DNA of 64,000 bases, from positions 128,001-192,000 of the forward strand of contig CAWGHO010000001.1 of assembly GCA_963822445.1 (NCBI GenBank), given 5' to 3'. Positions 12,807 to 22,781 of this stretch are shown piece by piece (position 1 is the stretch's first letter; every line of letters begins with the position of its first letter). The position numbers were made by a program, and so were the translations under genes. The DNA is from an uncultured Acidobacteriota bacterium (GTDB taxonomy: Bacteria > Acidobacteriota > Thermoanaerobaculia > Gp7-AA8). The notes below the pieces were generated by a model. The model did not search any database. It saw only the letters and a list, made by a program, of their open reading frames with translations, and was not told where the DNA came from.

Positions 12807-13903
12807 AACGAGCCCTCGTCTTTTCGATCGCGTTCCTTCTCTCCAGCACCGCCGCCCAGGCCCAGGCCAAAGATCCGCTGACGCCGCTCCGCGGTTACCT
12901 CGCCCGCGTGCTGCCGAAGTGCCCGGGCGGAGTCATCACCATCGAGCCGCTGAACGCGCCGGTGAAGAACTTCAATGTCTACTCGGTGACCCTGCGGTCC
13001 AGCGACCAGTACTGCGGGACTCAGAAGTACGTCCTCCACTCGCCGGTCACCCAGCAGGTCCTGATCGGCAGCGTCGTCGAGCTGCCGTCGAACGGAAAGC
13101 CGGCCAACGTCCGCATCGCGGATGAGGCCGGCCGCCTGCTCAAGAAAGAGCTGGCCGTCACCGTCGCGCCGTTTCCTCTCCCGGACGGACTGAAGGCGGT
13201 CACCATGACCCGCGCGACGCCGTACGGACCGTTCGCGCTGTCCGGTTTCCTCGATGCGTCGGAGACGATCATGATCGTCGGCTGGCGGGGCAACCTGAAG
13301 ACCGATCCGACCGAGACGCTACGCCAGACCCTGAAGACGGAAACGGCCGTGCGCCGCGGGAAGAAGGACTCGAAGGTCGAGATCATCGAGCTGTCCGACT
13401 TCCAGTGCCCGACCTGCGCGCATGCGCACGAGAAGGTCGAGCCGATCATCAAGAAAGGCCTCGGCAACATCAGCTACGTGCGCATCGACCTGCCGCTTTT
13501 CGAGAATCACCAGTGGGCGATCCCCGCCGCGCTCGGCGCGCGCGCGATTCAGCGCGTGGCCCCGGCAAAGTACTGGGCGTACGTCGACTACGTCTTCAAG
13601 AACCAGGAAGCGATCGGCAAGCAGCCGTTCGACAAGGTGATCGAGGACTTCGCCGAGGACAACGACATCAGCTGGGCGGCCATCAAGCCGATCTACACCT
13701 CGAAAGAGGAGCGCCAGGCGCTGCTCGATCAGGTCAGCCGCGCGTATTCACTGGGAATCGCGTCGACCCCGACGTTCATCGTGAACGGCCAGGTCATGGG
13801 CTTCGGCCCGAGCGGCGAGTTCACGCTGGAAGCGATCAGGACGGCGATCGGGACGCCCGCGCCGGCGAAGGCACCGGCGAAACCGGCGGCGAAGAAGAAG
13901 TAG
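12803..13903 (+). CDS. DsbA/thioredoxin-fold periplasmic protein
   Basis: Signal peptide, SDFQCPTC and STPTFIVNG. Confidence 0.9.
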   Translation: MKRALVFSIAFLLSSTAAQAQAKDPLTPLRGYLARVLPKCPGGVITIEPLNAPVKNFNVYSVTLRSSDQYCGTQKYVLHSPVTQQVLIGSVVELPSNGKPANVRIADEAGRLLKKELAVTVAPFPLPDGLKAVTMTRATPYGPFALSGFLDASETIMIVGWRGNLKTDPTETLRQTLKTETAVRRGKKDSKVEIIELSDFQCPTCAHAHEKVEPIIKKGLGNISYVRIDLPLFENHQWAIPAALGARAIQRVAPAKYWAYVDYVFKNQEAIGKQPFDKVIEDFAEDNDISWAAIKPIYTSKEERQALLDQVSRAYSLGIASTPTFIVNGQVMGFGPSGEFTLEAIRTAIGTPAPAKAPAKPAAKKK

Positions 13904-13907
13904 CGTC

Positions 13908-14735
13908 CTAAAACAACCCGAAACTGATCTTCGCCGCGTAGCTCCGCTCTTCCGCCTGGGTCACCTCGACGATGATCTTCGGGATCATCAGCGAGATCCG
14001 CACTCCCGCGGTGTAGCGGTTGAAATCCGACTCGTGGACCAGCGGCGGCACGGCCACGAGCGTCGGCTCATTGTGAAACGGCTGCGCGGTCGTCTCGGCG
14101 CGCATGCGGCCGATCGCACCGTACGGCGTGATCGGACCGAAGCCTTTGGAGAGAAAGAGCTCCACGCCGTAGGTCGTAGCCTGGAAGTTATCGACGCCGC
14201 GCAGCTCCGAGTACGCACCGCGCACCGTCAGCGAAGGCACGGCCACCCCTCCGCGGATGATCGGCACATCGACGGCGCCACCGATGATCGAGACGTCGCT
14301 GTCCTGGATCTTGGCGTACGACGCCGAGACCGTCGCCACCGACAAACCCTTCGACGCCACCAGCTTCGGCACGGCCACGTAATTGCTGACCGTGAAGTCG
14401 TCGCGGACCGCGTTCTTCCAGTAGTCCGCGCCCGTGTCGACCGGCACCGCGGTCACGGCGACGCCGATGTCGAACCCCAGCAATCCGCGCGCGGACGCCG
14501 GCTCGACGGGCGTCGCGTAAATGCCCTGGGCCATGATCCGGGAGAACTTCGCGAAGTCCTCCTCGCTGATGTGATCGAAGACGAAATCGCTCTGCGCCTG
14601 CAGCGGCGCGGTAATCGCCAGAATCAGAAAAGCTGCGAGATGAAGTCGTTGCTTTGCAGAAACCCCGCGGCCGTGAAGGCGACCCGCCCCTCCGCCCGCC
14701 GCAGCCACCCTTCCGTCAGTCCGCGTTCGCTCCAT
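13908..14735 (-). CDS. Putative outer-membrane beta-barrel protein (start uncertain, overlaps hemW 3' end)
   Basis: Signal-like LAAFLILAITAPLQAQ, amphipathic beta strands, C-terminal Phe. Confidence 0.65.
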   Translation of the reverse strand: MERTRTDGRVAAAGGGAGRLHGRGVSAKQRLHLAAFLILAITAPLQAQSDFVFDHISEEDFAKFSRIMAQGIYATPVEPASARGLLGFDIGVAVTAVPVDTGADYWKNAVRDDFTVSNYVAVPKLVASKGLSVATVSASYAKIQDSDVSIIGGAVDVPIIRGGVAVPSLTVRGAYSELRGVDNFQATTYGVELFLSKGFGPITPYGAIGRMRAETTAQPFHNEPTLVAVPPLVHESDFNRYTAGVRISLMIPKIIVEVTQAEERSYAAKISFGLF

Positions 14736-15718
14736 GCAATGCCCTCCTGCCCGCACAGCTCCACGAGCTCGTCATAGTTTATGCCGCTGGTTCGCCGCAG
14801 ACTCAGGAACAGGGTCTCGCGCCGCGCTTCGTCGCCGCCCAGGGTCTCGCTGAAGTCGCGCGCCTCGGGTGAGGCAGCGATGTAGCGGCGGATGTCGCGC
14901 GTATTCGCGAATCGCTTGTCGTCGATGAACGAATGCGCGCCGAGACCGAAGCCGTGATACTCGCCACGAGTCCAGTAGCGGAGGTTGTGGCGGCATTCCT
15001 CACCGGCTCGCGCGAAGTTGCTGATCTCGTACTGGCCCAGGCCCGCGTTGCCGAGGTAGTCGATGGCGTCGATGTAGAGATCGGCGACGTCGTCATCTTC
15101 GGGCAGGGTCACCCGCTCGCGCGCGACCTGCACCTGCAGCGGCGTCCGCTCTTCCAGATCGAGCATGTACAGCGACAGGTGTCCCGCGCCGAGATCCACC
15201 GCCGTCGCGAGCGTTTCCCGAAACGACGCGCGCGTTTGCGCGGGCAGCCCGAGGATGAGATCGAGGTTGGTGCGGACGCCGCTTTCCGCCGCTACGCGAA
15301 CTGCGTCGATCGCCGCGCCGCGGTCGTGCACGCGTCCGATCGCGATCAGCTCTTCATCGTGAAAGGACTGCACGCCGATGGAGAGCCGGTTCACGCCGAG
15401 CTCGCGCCAGGCCGCGATGCTGCCCGCATTCACATCCTCGGGATTGGCCTCCATCGAGACTTCGGCATCCTCCGAAACCGCAAAGCGCTCGCGCAGGCGC
15501 GAAAAGATCCGTCGCAGGTTGTCGAGGCTCGTTCGCGACGGTGTTCCTCCACCGAGGTAGATCGTGTCGGCGGTCCGGCCATCGCCTCGCGCATCGATCT
15601 CCCGCAGCACCGCCTCGACGTACGCGTCCTGCAAAGCGAGATCGGTGGAGATCGCGAACGCGCAGTAGGTGCAATGGGTGGTGCAGAACGGCAGGTGTAC
15701 GTAGAGGCCGACGGGCAT
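14624..15718 (-). CDS. hemW: Radical SAM heme chaperone HemW (HemN-like)
   Basis: LYVHLPFCxxxCxYC, GGGTPS, YEISNFA and HNLRYW. Confidence 0.9.
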   Translation of the reverse strand: MPVGLYVHLPFCTTHCTYCAFAISTDLALQDAYVEAVLREIDARGDGRTADTIYLGGGTPSRTSLDNLRRIFSRLRERFAVSEDAEVSMEANPEDVNAGSIAAWRELGVNRLSIGVQSFHDEELIAIGRVHDRGAAIDAVRVAAESGVRTNLDLILGLPAQTRASFRETLATAVDLGAGHLSLYMLDLEERTPLQVQVARERVTLPEDDDVADLYIDAIDYLGNAGLGQYEISNFARAGEECRHNLRYWTRGEYHGFGLGAHSFIDDKRFANTRDIRRYIAASPEARDFSETLGGDEARRETLFLSLRRTSGINYDELVELCGQEGIAWSERGLTEGWLRRAEGRVAFTAAGFLQSNDFISQLF

Positions 15719-15742
15719 TGGCAGTCCTTTATAATCGCCGCG

Positions 15743-17488
15743 ATGTCCTCGGATTCCCCAACTGACGCTTCCACCCCCGCCCCGCGCCGCCGCAGGCGCC
15801 TGCTCTGGACGCTCCTCGGCGCCATGATTCTCGTCGGCCTGCTGCCGCTGGCCATCTCCCACTTCATCCTCATCCGCATCAATCGGGATTCGATGATGAC
15901 GCTGGAGAAGAAGTACCAGAGCCGCTCCGCGGTCTCGATCGCCAACGACATCCAGAATCTCTACTCGAACAACCGCCAGCAGCTGGCCAAGATCGCCGGA
16001 AGCATGCGCTCCCTGCAGAAGGCCCTCGGCACCGATCCCTTCCTATCCGCGAACGACTGGATGGGCGACTACATCACCAACGACAGCGACCTCATCGCCA
16101 TCCGCGCGCTGAACACGGCAGGTCAGGGTGCCGAGGCTGTTCCGGCGGATCTCACGCCCGCGGTGCTGGCCGAGATGATCCAGGCCCGCGACGTCGCCCT
16201 CGCCGGACAGGCGTCGACGGGACGCGTTCTCGATCTGACGCCGACCCATCCCGTGCTGGTCATGTCCGTTCCCGTATTCGATCAGGGCAAGCAGGTCATC
16301 GGCGCGATCGTGGGGCTGGTCAGCCTGCGCCGGATCGTCGATCGCATTCGAGAAGAAGGCAAAGGCGGGGTGACCGCGTTCGTCGTCGATGGCGAGGGCA
16401 GAGTCCTCATTCACAGCGAGCCGAGCGTTCAGGTCGGCCACCCGAATTTCTCGCATCTGAAGCTCGTGCAGGACTTCAAGCGCGCGCCGGCGCCGGTGCG
16501 TCTGACCGAGTCGTATGTGGACAAGCAGACCGGCGGCGGAACGAGCGTCATCGGCACCGTCGCTCCGGCGGCGTCGAATCTTGCCGTGATCGTGCAGAAG
16601 CCGGAGTCCACCGCGTTCGCTTCCGTCGATCAGATGGTCAGCGCGACCTGGCAGTGGGGCGCGATCGCGCTGATCCTGGCGATCATCGCCGCGATCTTCT
16701 TCGCTTCGGGCATCGCCCGCCCGATCCGCGCGCTCGCGCAGCGGAGTCACGAGATCGCCCAGGGCAACTACCAGCAGCGCGTCGAGCTGAAGACGCAGAA
16801 CGAGATCGGCGAGCTGGCCGACAACTTCAACACCATGTCCGAGTCGATCGAGCACGCGGTCGAGCAGCTGAAGAAGGCGGCGCAGGAGAATCACCTGCTC
16901 TTCCTCAACTCGGTGCGCATGCTCGCCGCGGCGATCGATGCGAAGGATCCGTACACGCGCGGACACTCGGAGCGCGTGGCCCGCTACTCCATCGCCATCG
17001 GAAAGAACCTGCAACTGCCGCAGAAAGAGATGCTGAACCTGCGGATCAGCGCGCTGCTGCACGACGTCGGCAAGATCGGCATCGACGACCGCATCCTCCG
17101 CAAGCCGGGCGCGCTTAGCGATGAAGAGTTCGAGATCATGAAAGGCCATCCCGCGAAAGGGGCGGCGATCATGAGCGGCGTCGCGCAGCTCATCGACATC
17201 ATCCCGGGCATGAAGTACCACCACGAGAAGTGGAGCGGCGGCGGATACCCGGAAGGTCTGGAAGGCGAGCAGATTCCGATGCAGGCCCGCATCGTGGCCA
17301 TCGCCGACACGTTCGACGCGATGACGACCAACCGGCCGTATCAGAAGGCGATGGAGATCGGCTACGTGGTCGAGAAGATCAAGAGCTTCGGCGGAACTCG
17401 CTTCGATCCGCGCGTGGTCGAGGCGTTCGTCAACGGCGTGAAGCGCGGCGACATCCAGATCGAAGAACAGGTAAGAGGCGCGGCCTGA
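15743..17488 (+). CDS. Cache/HAMP/HD-GYP cyclic-dinucleotide phosphodiesterase
   Basis: Two TM helices, HAMP, HSERV, LHDVGK and HHEKWSGGGYP. Confidence 0.92.
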   Translation: MSSDSPTDASTPAPRRRRRLLWTLLGAMILVGLLPLAISHFILIRINRDSMMTLEKKYQSRSAVSIANDIQNLYSNNRQQLAKIAGSMRSLQKALGTDPFLSANDWMGDYITNDSDLIAIRALNTAGQGAEAVPADLTPAVLAEMIQARDVALAGQASTGRVLDLTPTHPVLVMSVPVFDQGKQVIGAIVGLVSLRRIVDRIREEGKGGVTAFVVDGEGRVLIHSEPSVQVGHPNFSHLKLVQDFKRAPAPVRLTESYVDKQTGGGTSVIGTVAPAASNLAVIVQKPESTAFASVDQMVSATWQWGAIALILAIIAAIFFASGIARPIRALAQRSHEIAQGNYQQRVELKTQNEIGELADNFNTMSESIEHAVEQLKKAAQENHLLFLNSVRMLAAAIDAKDPYTRGHSERVARYSIAIGKNLQLPQKEMLNLRISALLHDVGKIGIDDRILRKPGALSDEEFEIMKGHPAKGAAIMSGVAQLIDIIPGMKYHHEKWSGGGYPEGLEGEQIPMQARIVAIADTFDAMTTNRPYQKAMEIGYVVEKIKSFGGTRFDPRVVEAFVNGVKRGDIQIEEQVRGAA

Positions 17489-18240
17489 CCGGGCTCGTCC
17501 TCCTCGGTGTAGTGTGGGCCTCCGGCCTACTTCCGCTCCCCGCCGCCCAAGGTAGGCCGGAGGCCCACACTACACCGGCGAAGTCCGCGTGCGACCGGAG
17601 CGTCTACTACATCCTGCGCGGGCAGTACGACGCCGCGCTCCGCCAGCTCGACGGCGCGAAGACGAGCGGTGCATCGCCGGCGGCGGTCGAAAATCTCCGC
17701 GGCCTCGCGCTGCTGATGAAAGACGACGCCGCGAAGGCGTTGACGACGTTCGATCGCGCGCTGCAACTGGATTCGAAGCTGTCCGAGGCTCGGTTGAATC
17801 GCGGCCTCGCTCTTCTGCGTCTCGGAAAGTTCGCGGAATCGTCAGCCGAGATGCAGAAAGTGTTCGCCGATGAGACCTCACCCGTTCGCGCCGACGCGGC
17901 GTATCACAACGCCATCGCTCTCGATCGCCTCGGCCGCGCTTCCGATGCCGAAGCCTGGCTCGATCGCGCGCTGAAACTGAACGCGAAGCTTGACGCGGCG
18001 TTGCTCTACGCGGGGATGCTGCGCGAGCGTCGCGGCGATCTGCAGGGCGCGGGACGCGCGTATCTCGAGTACCTCAAAGCGCATCCTGAGTCGGCACTGG
18101 CCATGCTCCGCTTCGGCATTTCGGCACAGAAGTCGGGCAGCATCGAGGTGGCGAAGTCATACCTGCAGCGCGTCGTGCAGCTCGCGCCCGGATCGCCGGA
18201 AGCGATCGAGGCCCGCAAGTACCTGGTGATGTGGGAGTGA
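17485..18240 (+). CDS. Tetratricopeptide-repeat protein (start uncertain: CTG 17485 or GTG 17512)
   Basis: Multiple TPR helices (NLRGLAL, ARLNRGLAL, YHNAIAL). Confidence 0.8.
   Translation: MTGLVLLGVVWASGLLPLPAAQGRPEAHTTPAKSACDRSVYYILRGQYDAALRQLDGAKTSGASPAAVENLRGLALLMKDDAAKALTTFDRALQLDSKLSEARLNRGLALLRLGKFAESSAEMQKVFADETSPVRADAAYHNAIALDRLGRASDAEAWLDRALKLNAKLDAALLYAGMLRERRGDLQGAGRAYLEYLKAHPESALAMLRFGISAQKSGSIEVAKSYLQRVVQLAPGSPEAIEARKYLVMWE
17505..17577. repeat. GTAG-type REP inverted pair within the TPR gene 5' region
   Basis: CGGTGTAGTGTGGGCCTCCGGCCTAC followed by GTAGGCCGGAGGCCCACACTACACCG. Confidence 0.85.
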
Positions 18241-18241
18241 C

Positions 18242-18601
18242 GTGTTCAACCTGATCCTGAACGAGATGCTGGTCACCACGCGCGGCGCGCTGGCGGCGCT
18301 CTTCCTCGATTACGAGGGCGAGACGGTGGAGCTGGTCTGCGACCGCGATCTCAACGACCACGACCTCCGCATCCTCGGCGCCTACCAGGGCATCTTCCTC
18401 GGCCAGCTCCGCAACCTGTGTTCGCAAGCCGACGCCGGCGAGCCCCAGCGCTTCAAGATCGAGTTCCGCGAGACCCGCGTCCTGAGCTTCGACGTGAAGG
18501 ACGGCTACTACATCGTCCTCCTCGTCGACGCGACGGCAAACGAGGGAATGGCGTGGCGGAAGCTGGAGAAGTGTAGGGAGAGGTTGCTGGTCGAGATGTA
18601 G
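18242..18601 (+). CDS. Roadblock/LC7 (MglB-like) domain protein
   Basis: 119 aa; GALAALFLDYEGE and YYIVLLV...NEGMA pattern. Confidence 0.7.
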   Translation: MFNLILNEMLVTTRGALAALFLDYEGETVELVCDRDLNDHDLRILGAYQGIFLGQLRNLCSQADAGEPQRFKIEFRETRVLSFDVKDGYYIVLLVDATANEGMAWRKLEKCRERLLVEM

Positions 18602-18709
18602 GTTTCGGGGTTCCGGGGTTGCGAGGTTCCGGGGTTGTCCTCGCAACATCGCCGAACCTAACGCCGAGCTCCTACCCCGTAACCCCGTAACCCCGCAACC
18701 CCGTAACTA
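18599..18709. repeat. Octamer-tandem hairpin (GTTNCGGG unit) between convergent stops
   Basis: Four GTT(T/C/G)CG(G/A)G units face four CCCG(T/C)AAC units. Confidence 0.85.
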
Positions 18710-19006
18710 CGATTCCAGCGCCTCCAGCGTCCCCAGAATCGTCTCGATGCGATCGCGGATCTCGCCGCGCTCCTTCCGGAACCGCTCGTGTTCTTCTTCG
18801 AGTGATTCCAGGCGCGAGGAGGTCTGGTCGGAGTCTTTCACCTGCGACTCGAGCTCTTCGACGCGGGCTCGGAGCTGGTCGCGTTCTTTGCGCAGTTCCT
18901 GGATGGTGGCGACGGCTTTTTCGACGCGGTCCCCGAGGCGGCTGAGGATCTCGGCTTCTTCGATTCCGGGGAGCGCGGACTGATCGTTGTCTCTGGTCTT
19001 CTTCAT
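18707..19006 (-). CDS. ZapB-like coiled-coil cell division protein
   Basis: LSRLGDRVEKAVATIQELRKE...IRDRIETIL coiled coil. Confidence 0.65.
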   Translation of the reverse strand: MKKTRDNDQSALPGIEEAEILSRLGDRVEKAVATIQELRKERDQLRARVEELESQVKDSDQTSSRLESLEEEHERFRKERGEIRDRIETILGTLEALES

Positions 19007-19030
19007 GGCGGCGCGGATTCTAGTGCAGCA

Positions 19031-21628
19031 TCACCATCCGGTGGCTACGTGAATGTGCGCGTCGGAGGGTCCGGGCGTCCACTCGCTGAAGAGAAAGCGG
19101 CCGTCCGGCAGAACGTCGAAGTATCCGACGTCCGCGCCGGCCCGGAAAAGATCCGCGGTCACGACGTCGTCCCAACGTCCGGCGCGCGGCCTGGCGCTGA
19201 CGAACAGGTTGTCGGGCGTGACGTAGATCAGCTCGCCGTTGCCGTTCCACTGCGGGCTGTAACCGCCGCGGTTCGAGATCCGCGCCCGTTCCGCGGTGGC
19301 CAGGTCCAGCACGTAAATCTCAGCGGTCCCTGTCGGGTCGGACACGAACGCGAACCGCCGCCCGTCGGGCGAGATCTTTCCGAAATTTTCATTGAACTCG
19401 CTGCCGAGAATCGTCTCCGATTGCCCACTTCCGTCGAGCGTCGTGCGAATGATGTCGCGCTGCGTTCGCGGCTCGTTCGACATGTAGTAAAGCGCCTTTC
19501 CATCGGGCGACACGGCCATGGGTATCTGAAAGTTGCCCGGTGCGATGATGCGCGCCGGCCGCGTCTCCGACAGCGCCTGGCGGACCAACCGGGGAGTGCT
19601 CCCCGTACTCTGCCCATAGATCAGCGAGCGGCCGTCCGGCGTCCACAGCGGTTGAACCTCCATCCCCGGATCGCTGGTGAAGCGCTCCCGGACCCCGCGG
19701 ACGAGATCGTAGATCCAGATGTCCGCCAGACCGGTCGCCTGCGCGCGGACGCTTACCGCGGCCCTCCGGCCGTCCGGGGAGACATCCATGCCCAGGAGCC
19801 GGATGGTGTCGTCGACGACGCGCAGCTCCGTCCCCTGACGGTCGGCGATCAGCAACCGCTCCGCGATCGTGTTCGAGGTGTACACCACCGTCCCGTTTTG
19901 CGACACGTCGAATGCCGCTCCACCGGCCGGGAGGAAGAACGCGACCTGGTCGGCAATCACGGACGGATCTCCGCTCAGGCCTTTGCCGACCTCGAAGCGC
20001 TGCCAGAGCAGCTTCCCATCCCGCACGTAGAGCAGCCGATCGCCGCTGGTGCGGGCAACGGACACGTTCGTGAGGATCGGTGAGCCCGCCGGGGAATCGA
20101 GACTGGCGATCATCAGCTTCCGCACCATCGACCCGCCGAGCAGGGAGAGGTAAAGGAAGTGTTTCCCGTCCTCGAGGAGATACGGCCAGCCATGTGCCGC
20201 CTCGCCAGCCGACGCATCGAGCTTCGTGACCGCAACCGCTTCGCCCCCGGCCGCCGGCACGCGATAGACCAGGGGGCGCCCACCCGGCCGGTCGGTGAAG
20301 AGGATCGTGTCCCCCCGCCATGACGCGACCGCTCCGTTCGATTTCACGTCGCAGAGCGCGAAGGGAGTGCCGTCCGGCAACTTCCTCTTCCAGAGCTTCC
20401 CTCCGGCGCTGTAGCCCAGCCATGCGCCGTCGGGCGACCAGAACACACCGGTCGCATCGGCGGTGCCTTCGACCTTGTGCACGGCTGGCGAGTCGAGTGA
20501 GCGCAGGAAGATCGAAGTCTCGCTCCCTGTGTAAGCAACGAACGCGATCCTCGACCCGTCGGGCGAGATCGCCAGCGCGTTGGTCTCACCGCCGAACGGC
20601 AACAGGCGCGCGCTCGGCGGAAGGAGAATGCTGAATCGGCCGGTCGTCGTCGCGGCCGGTGCCGGTGCGGTCCGCCGCGCGATGAACCAACCGGTAAGTC
20701 CCGCGGCCACCGCGATGAGCGGGAGAACAACGACCATCGGCAAACGAACGCGCGAACGCGTGGTTGCAGGTTGCGCGGATGCCGACGGATCGCTGATCCA
20801 CCGCAGCTCGCGCCCGAGGTCGTGTGCGGATTGCCAGCGGTCATCGGGATTCTTCTCCAGCGCGGTTCTCACGACGCGATCGAGGAGCGGCGATCCGACC
20901 GCACCGGACGGAGGATCAGCGGAAAGGATCGATGCGATCAGCGCGGCCTGGGTGCTGCCCGAGAATGGCCGTCGACCCGTGGCCATCTCGAACAGGATCA
21001 CGCCCAGCGAAAAGATGTCGCTGCGATGGTCGACCTCCTTCCCCTCGACATGCTCCGGCGACATGTAGGGCAAGGTTCCGACGATCGTTCCTTCGGCGGT
21101 GAGCGGATCCCGTCGCGTGACCGTTTCCGATTGCCCCGAAGACTCGCGCGGCGCCTCGACCAGTTTGGCCAGGCCGAAGTCGAGAAGTTTCGCGCCGCCC
21201 GCCGTGATCATGATGTTGCCCGGCTTCAGATCGCGATGGGCGATCCCGCGGCGATGCGCGTGATGGAGCGCCTGGGCGATCTCCGCGCCGTAGCGCACGA
21301 CCTGTGTCAGCGGCAGTGGGCCTCGGGAGAGTTTGTCGGCGAGCGTCTCCCCTTCCAGGTACTCCATGACCAGGTAGTCGACGCCGTCGTGATGGCCGAT
21401 GTCGTACAGCGCGCAGATGTTGGGATGGCTCAGACCGGAGATCGCCTTGGCCTCGCGATCGAACCGGGCCCGCATCGTTCCCGAGGCGATGACCGGCGGC
21501 AGCACCTTGACCGCGACGGTCCGCTCGAGGCGCGTGTCGCGAGCGCGATAAACCTCGCCCATGCCGCCCGCGCCGATCGGCGAAAGGATTTCGTACGGGC
21601 CGAGGCTCGTGCCGCTTGCGAGATTCAC
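19031..21628 (-). CDS. Hanks-type Ser/Thr kinase with TM helix and TolB/PD40 beta-propeller
   Basis: GAGGMGEVY, HRDLKPGN, DFGLAK and GTLPYMSPE; repeated SPDG motifs; start GTG 21628. Confidence 0.93.
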   Translation of the reverse strand: MNLASGTSLGPYEILSPIGAGGMGEVYRARDTRLERTVAVKVLPPVIASGTMRARFDREAKAISGLSHPNICALYDIGHHDGVDYLVMEYLEGETLADKLSRGPLPLTQVVRYGAEIAQALHHAHRRGIAHRDLKPGNIMITAGGAKLLDFGLAKLVEAPRESSGQSETVTRRDPLTAEGTIVGTLPYMSPEHVEGKEVDHRSDIFSLGVILFEMATGRRPFSGSTQAALIASILSADPPSGAVGSPLLDRVVRTALEKNPDDRWQSAHDLGRELRWISDPSASAQPATTRSRVRLPMVVVLPLIAVAAGLTGWFIARRTAPAPAATTTGRFSILLPPSARLLPFGGETNALAISPDGSRIAFVAYTGSETSIFLRSLDSPAVHKVEGTADATGVFWSPDGAWLGYSAGGKLWKRKLPDGTPFALCDVKSNGAVASWRGDTILFTDRPGGRPLVYRVPAAGGEAVAVTKLDASAGEAAHGWPYLLEDGKHFLYLSLLGGSMVRKLMIASLDSPAGSPILTNVSVARTSGDRLLYVRDGKLLWQRFEVGKGLSGDPSVIADQVAFFLPAGGAAFDVSQNGTVVYTSNTIAERLLIADRQGTELRVVDDTIRLLGMDVSPDGRRAAVSVRAQATGLADIWIYDLVRGVRERFTSDPGMEVQPLWTPDGRSLIYGQSTGSTPRLVRQALSETRPARIIAPGNFQIPMAVSPDGKALYYMSNEPRTQRDIIRTTLDGSGQSETILGSEFNENFGKISPDGRRFAFVSDPTGTAEIYVLDLATAERARISNRGGYSPQWNGNGELIYVTPDNLFVSARPRAGRWDDVVTADLFRAGADVGYFDVLPDGRFLFSEWTPGPSDAHIHVATGW

Positions 21629-21650
21629 GTGTAGGCCGATGATATCCGCT

Positions 21651-21721
21651 CGGTGTGGTGCAGGCCTCCGGCCTGCCTTCGGGCGGGAGGACAAGGCAGG
21701 CCGGAGGCCTGCACCACACCG
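21651..21721. repeat. REP inverted pair (same family as 17505 and 45453)
   Basis: CGGTGTGGTGCAGGCCTCCGGCCTGCCTT and its exact reverse complement. Confidence 0.85.
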
Positions 21722-21722
21722 G

Positions 21723-22673
21723 CTAGAACGTCACCCGCGCCAGCACGCCCTCGGCGGCATCGTGCGGGTTGTTCTTCTTGCGGAGCACGTCCTCGAGCAG
21801 CGACTCGTACTCCTCGCGCGTGACCGTCCCGCCGATGAGTCGCTCCATGAACCGCTCTTTGAGGTGCGTCTCGATGCGGATGCGCACGCGATCGCGGTTG
21901 CGGCGATCGAGCTCGCCCGAAGCGGCGAGGTAATCGAAGTGCTTGATCAGCGCTTCATCGAGCTCGGTGATGCCCTGACCCTTCGAAGCCACGGTCTTGA
22001 CGATCGGCGGGACCCAATCCCCATGCTCTTCGACCAGCGACATCATCATCGTCACTTCGGTCACGGTCTTGTCCGCACCGGGGCGGTCGGCCTTGTTGAC
22101 CACGAAGACATCGCCGATCTCCATGATCCCGGCCTTGATCGCCTGAATGTCGTCGCCCATCCCCGGCACGAGCACGACCACGTTGGTCTGCACGGTCCGG
22201 ACGACTTCCACTTCGTCCTGTCCGACGCCGACGGTCTCCACCAGCACGACGTCGAAGCCGGCCGCATCGAGGATGTCCACGACATCGTTCGTCGCGCGGG
22301 CCAGACCGCCGAGAAAACCGCGCGTGGCCATGGAGCGGATGAAGACGCCGCGATCGGTGTACAGCTCGGCCATGCGGATGCGATCGCCGAGAATCGCGCC
22401 GCCGGTAAACGGCGAGGTCGGATCGACGGCGATGATGCCGACGCGCTTGTCCTGCGTGCGGTAGTACTTCGCGATCGCCGCGACGAGCGTCGATTTGCCC
22501 GCGCCCGGCGAGCCGGTGATACCGATGATCCGCGCGCGGCCGGTATCCATGTACAGCTGCGCGAGCAGCGACGTCACGGACGGGTCGTTCGACTCGACGA
22601 GCGAGATCGCCTGCGCCAGCGCGCGGTAGCGGCCCGAGCGGATTCCGGCGGTCAGCTCGCGGGTATCGGTCAT
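21723..22673 (-). CDS. meaB: Methylmalonyl-CoA mutase-associated GTPase MeaB
   Basis: GSPGAGKST, DPTSPFTGGAILGDRIRM, ETVGVGQ and NKAD. Confidence 0.95.
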   Translation of the reverse strand: MTDTRELTAGIRSGRYRALAQAISLVESNDPSVTSLLAQLYMDTGRARIIGITGSPGAGKSTLVAAIAKYYRTQDKRVGIIAVDPTSPFTGGAILGDRIRMAELYTDRGVFIRSMATRGFLGGLARATNDVVDILDAAGFDVVLVETVGVGQDEVEVVRTVQTNVVVLVPGMGDDIQAIKAGIMEIGDVFVVNKADRPGADKTVTEVTMMMSLVEEHGDWVPPIVKTVASKGQGITELDEALIKHFDYLAASGELDRRNRDRVRIRIETHLKERFMERLIGGTVTREEYESLLEDVLRKKNNPHDAAEGVLARVTF

Positions 22674-22688
22674 GAGAGGACCGAGTCA

Positions 22689-22780
22689 GAAATGCAAAAT
22701 GCAAAATGCAAAATGCAAAAAGGTTGAATCGCTAGTTTTTCATGGACTTTTTGCATTTTGCATTTTGCATTTTGCATTTC
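22689..22780. repeat. Heptamer-tandem hairpin (AAATGCA unit)
   Basis: Perfect 34-bp inverted repeat, 22689-22722 and 22747-22780. Confidence 0.95.
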
Positions 22781-22781
22781 C

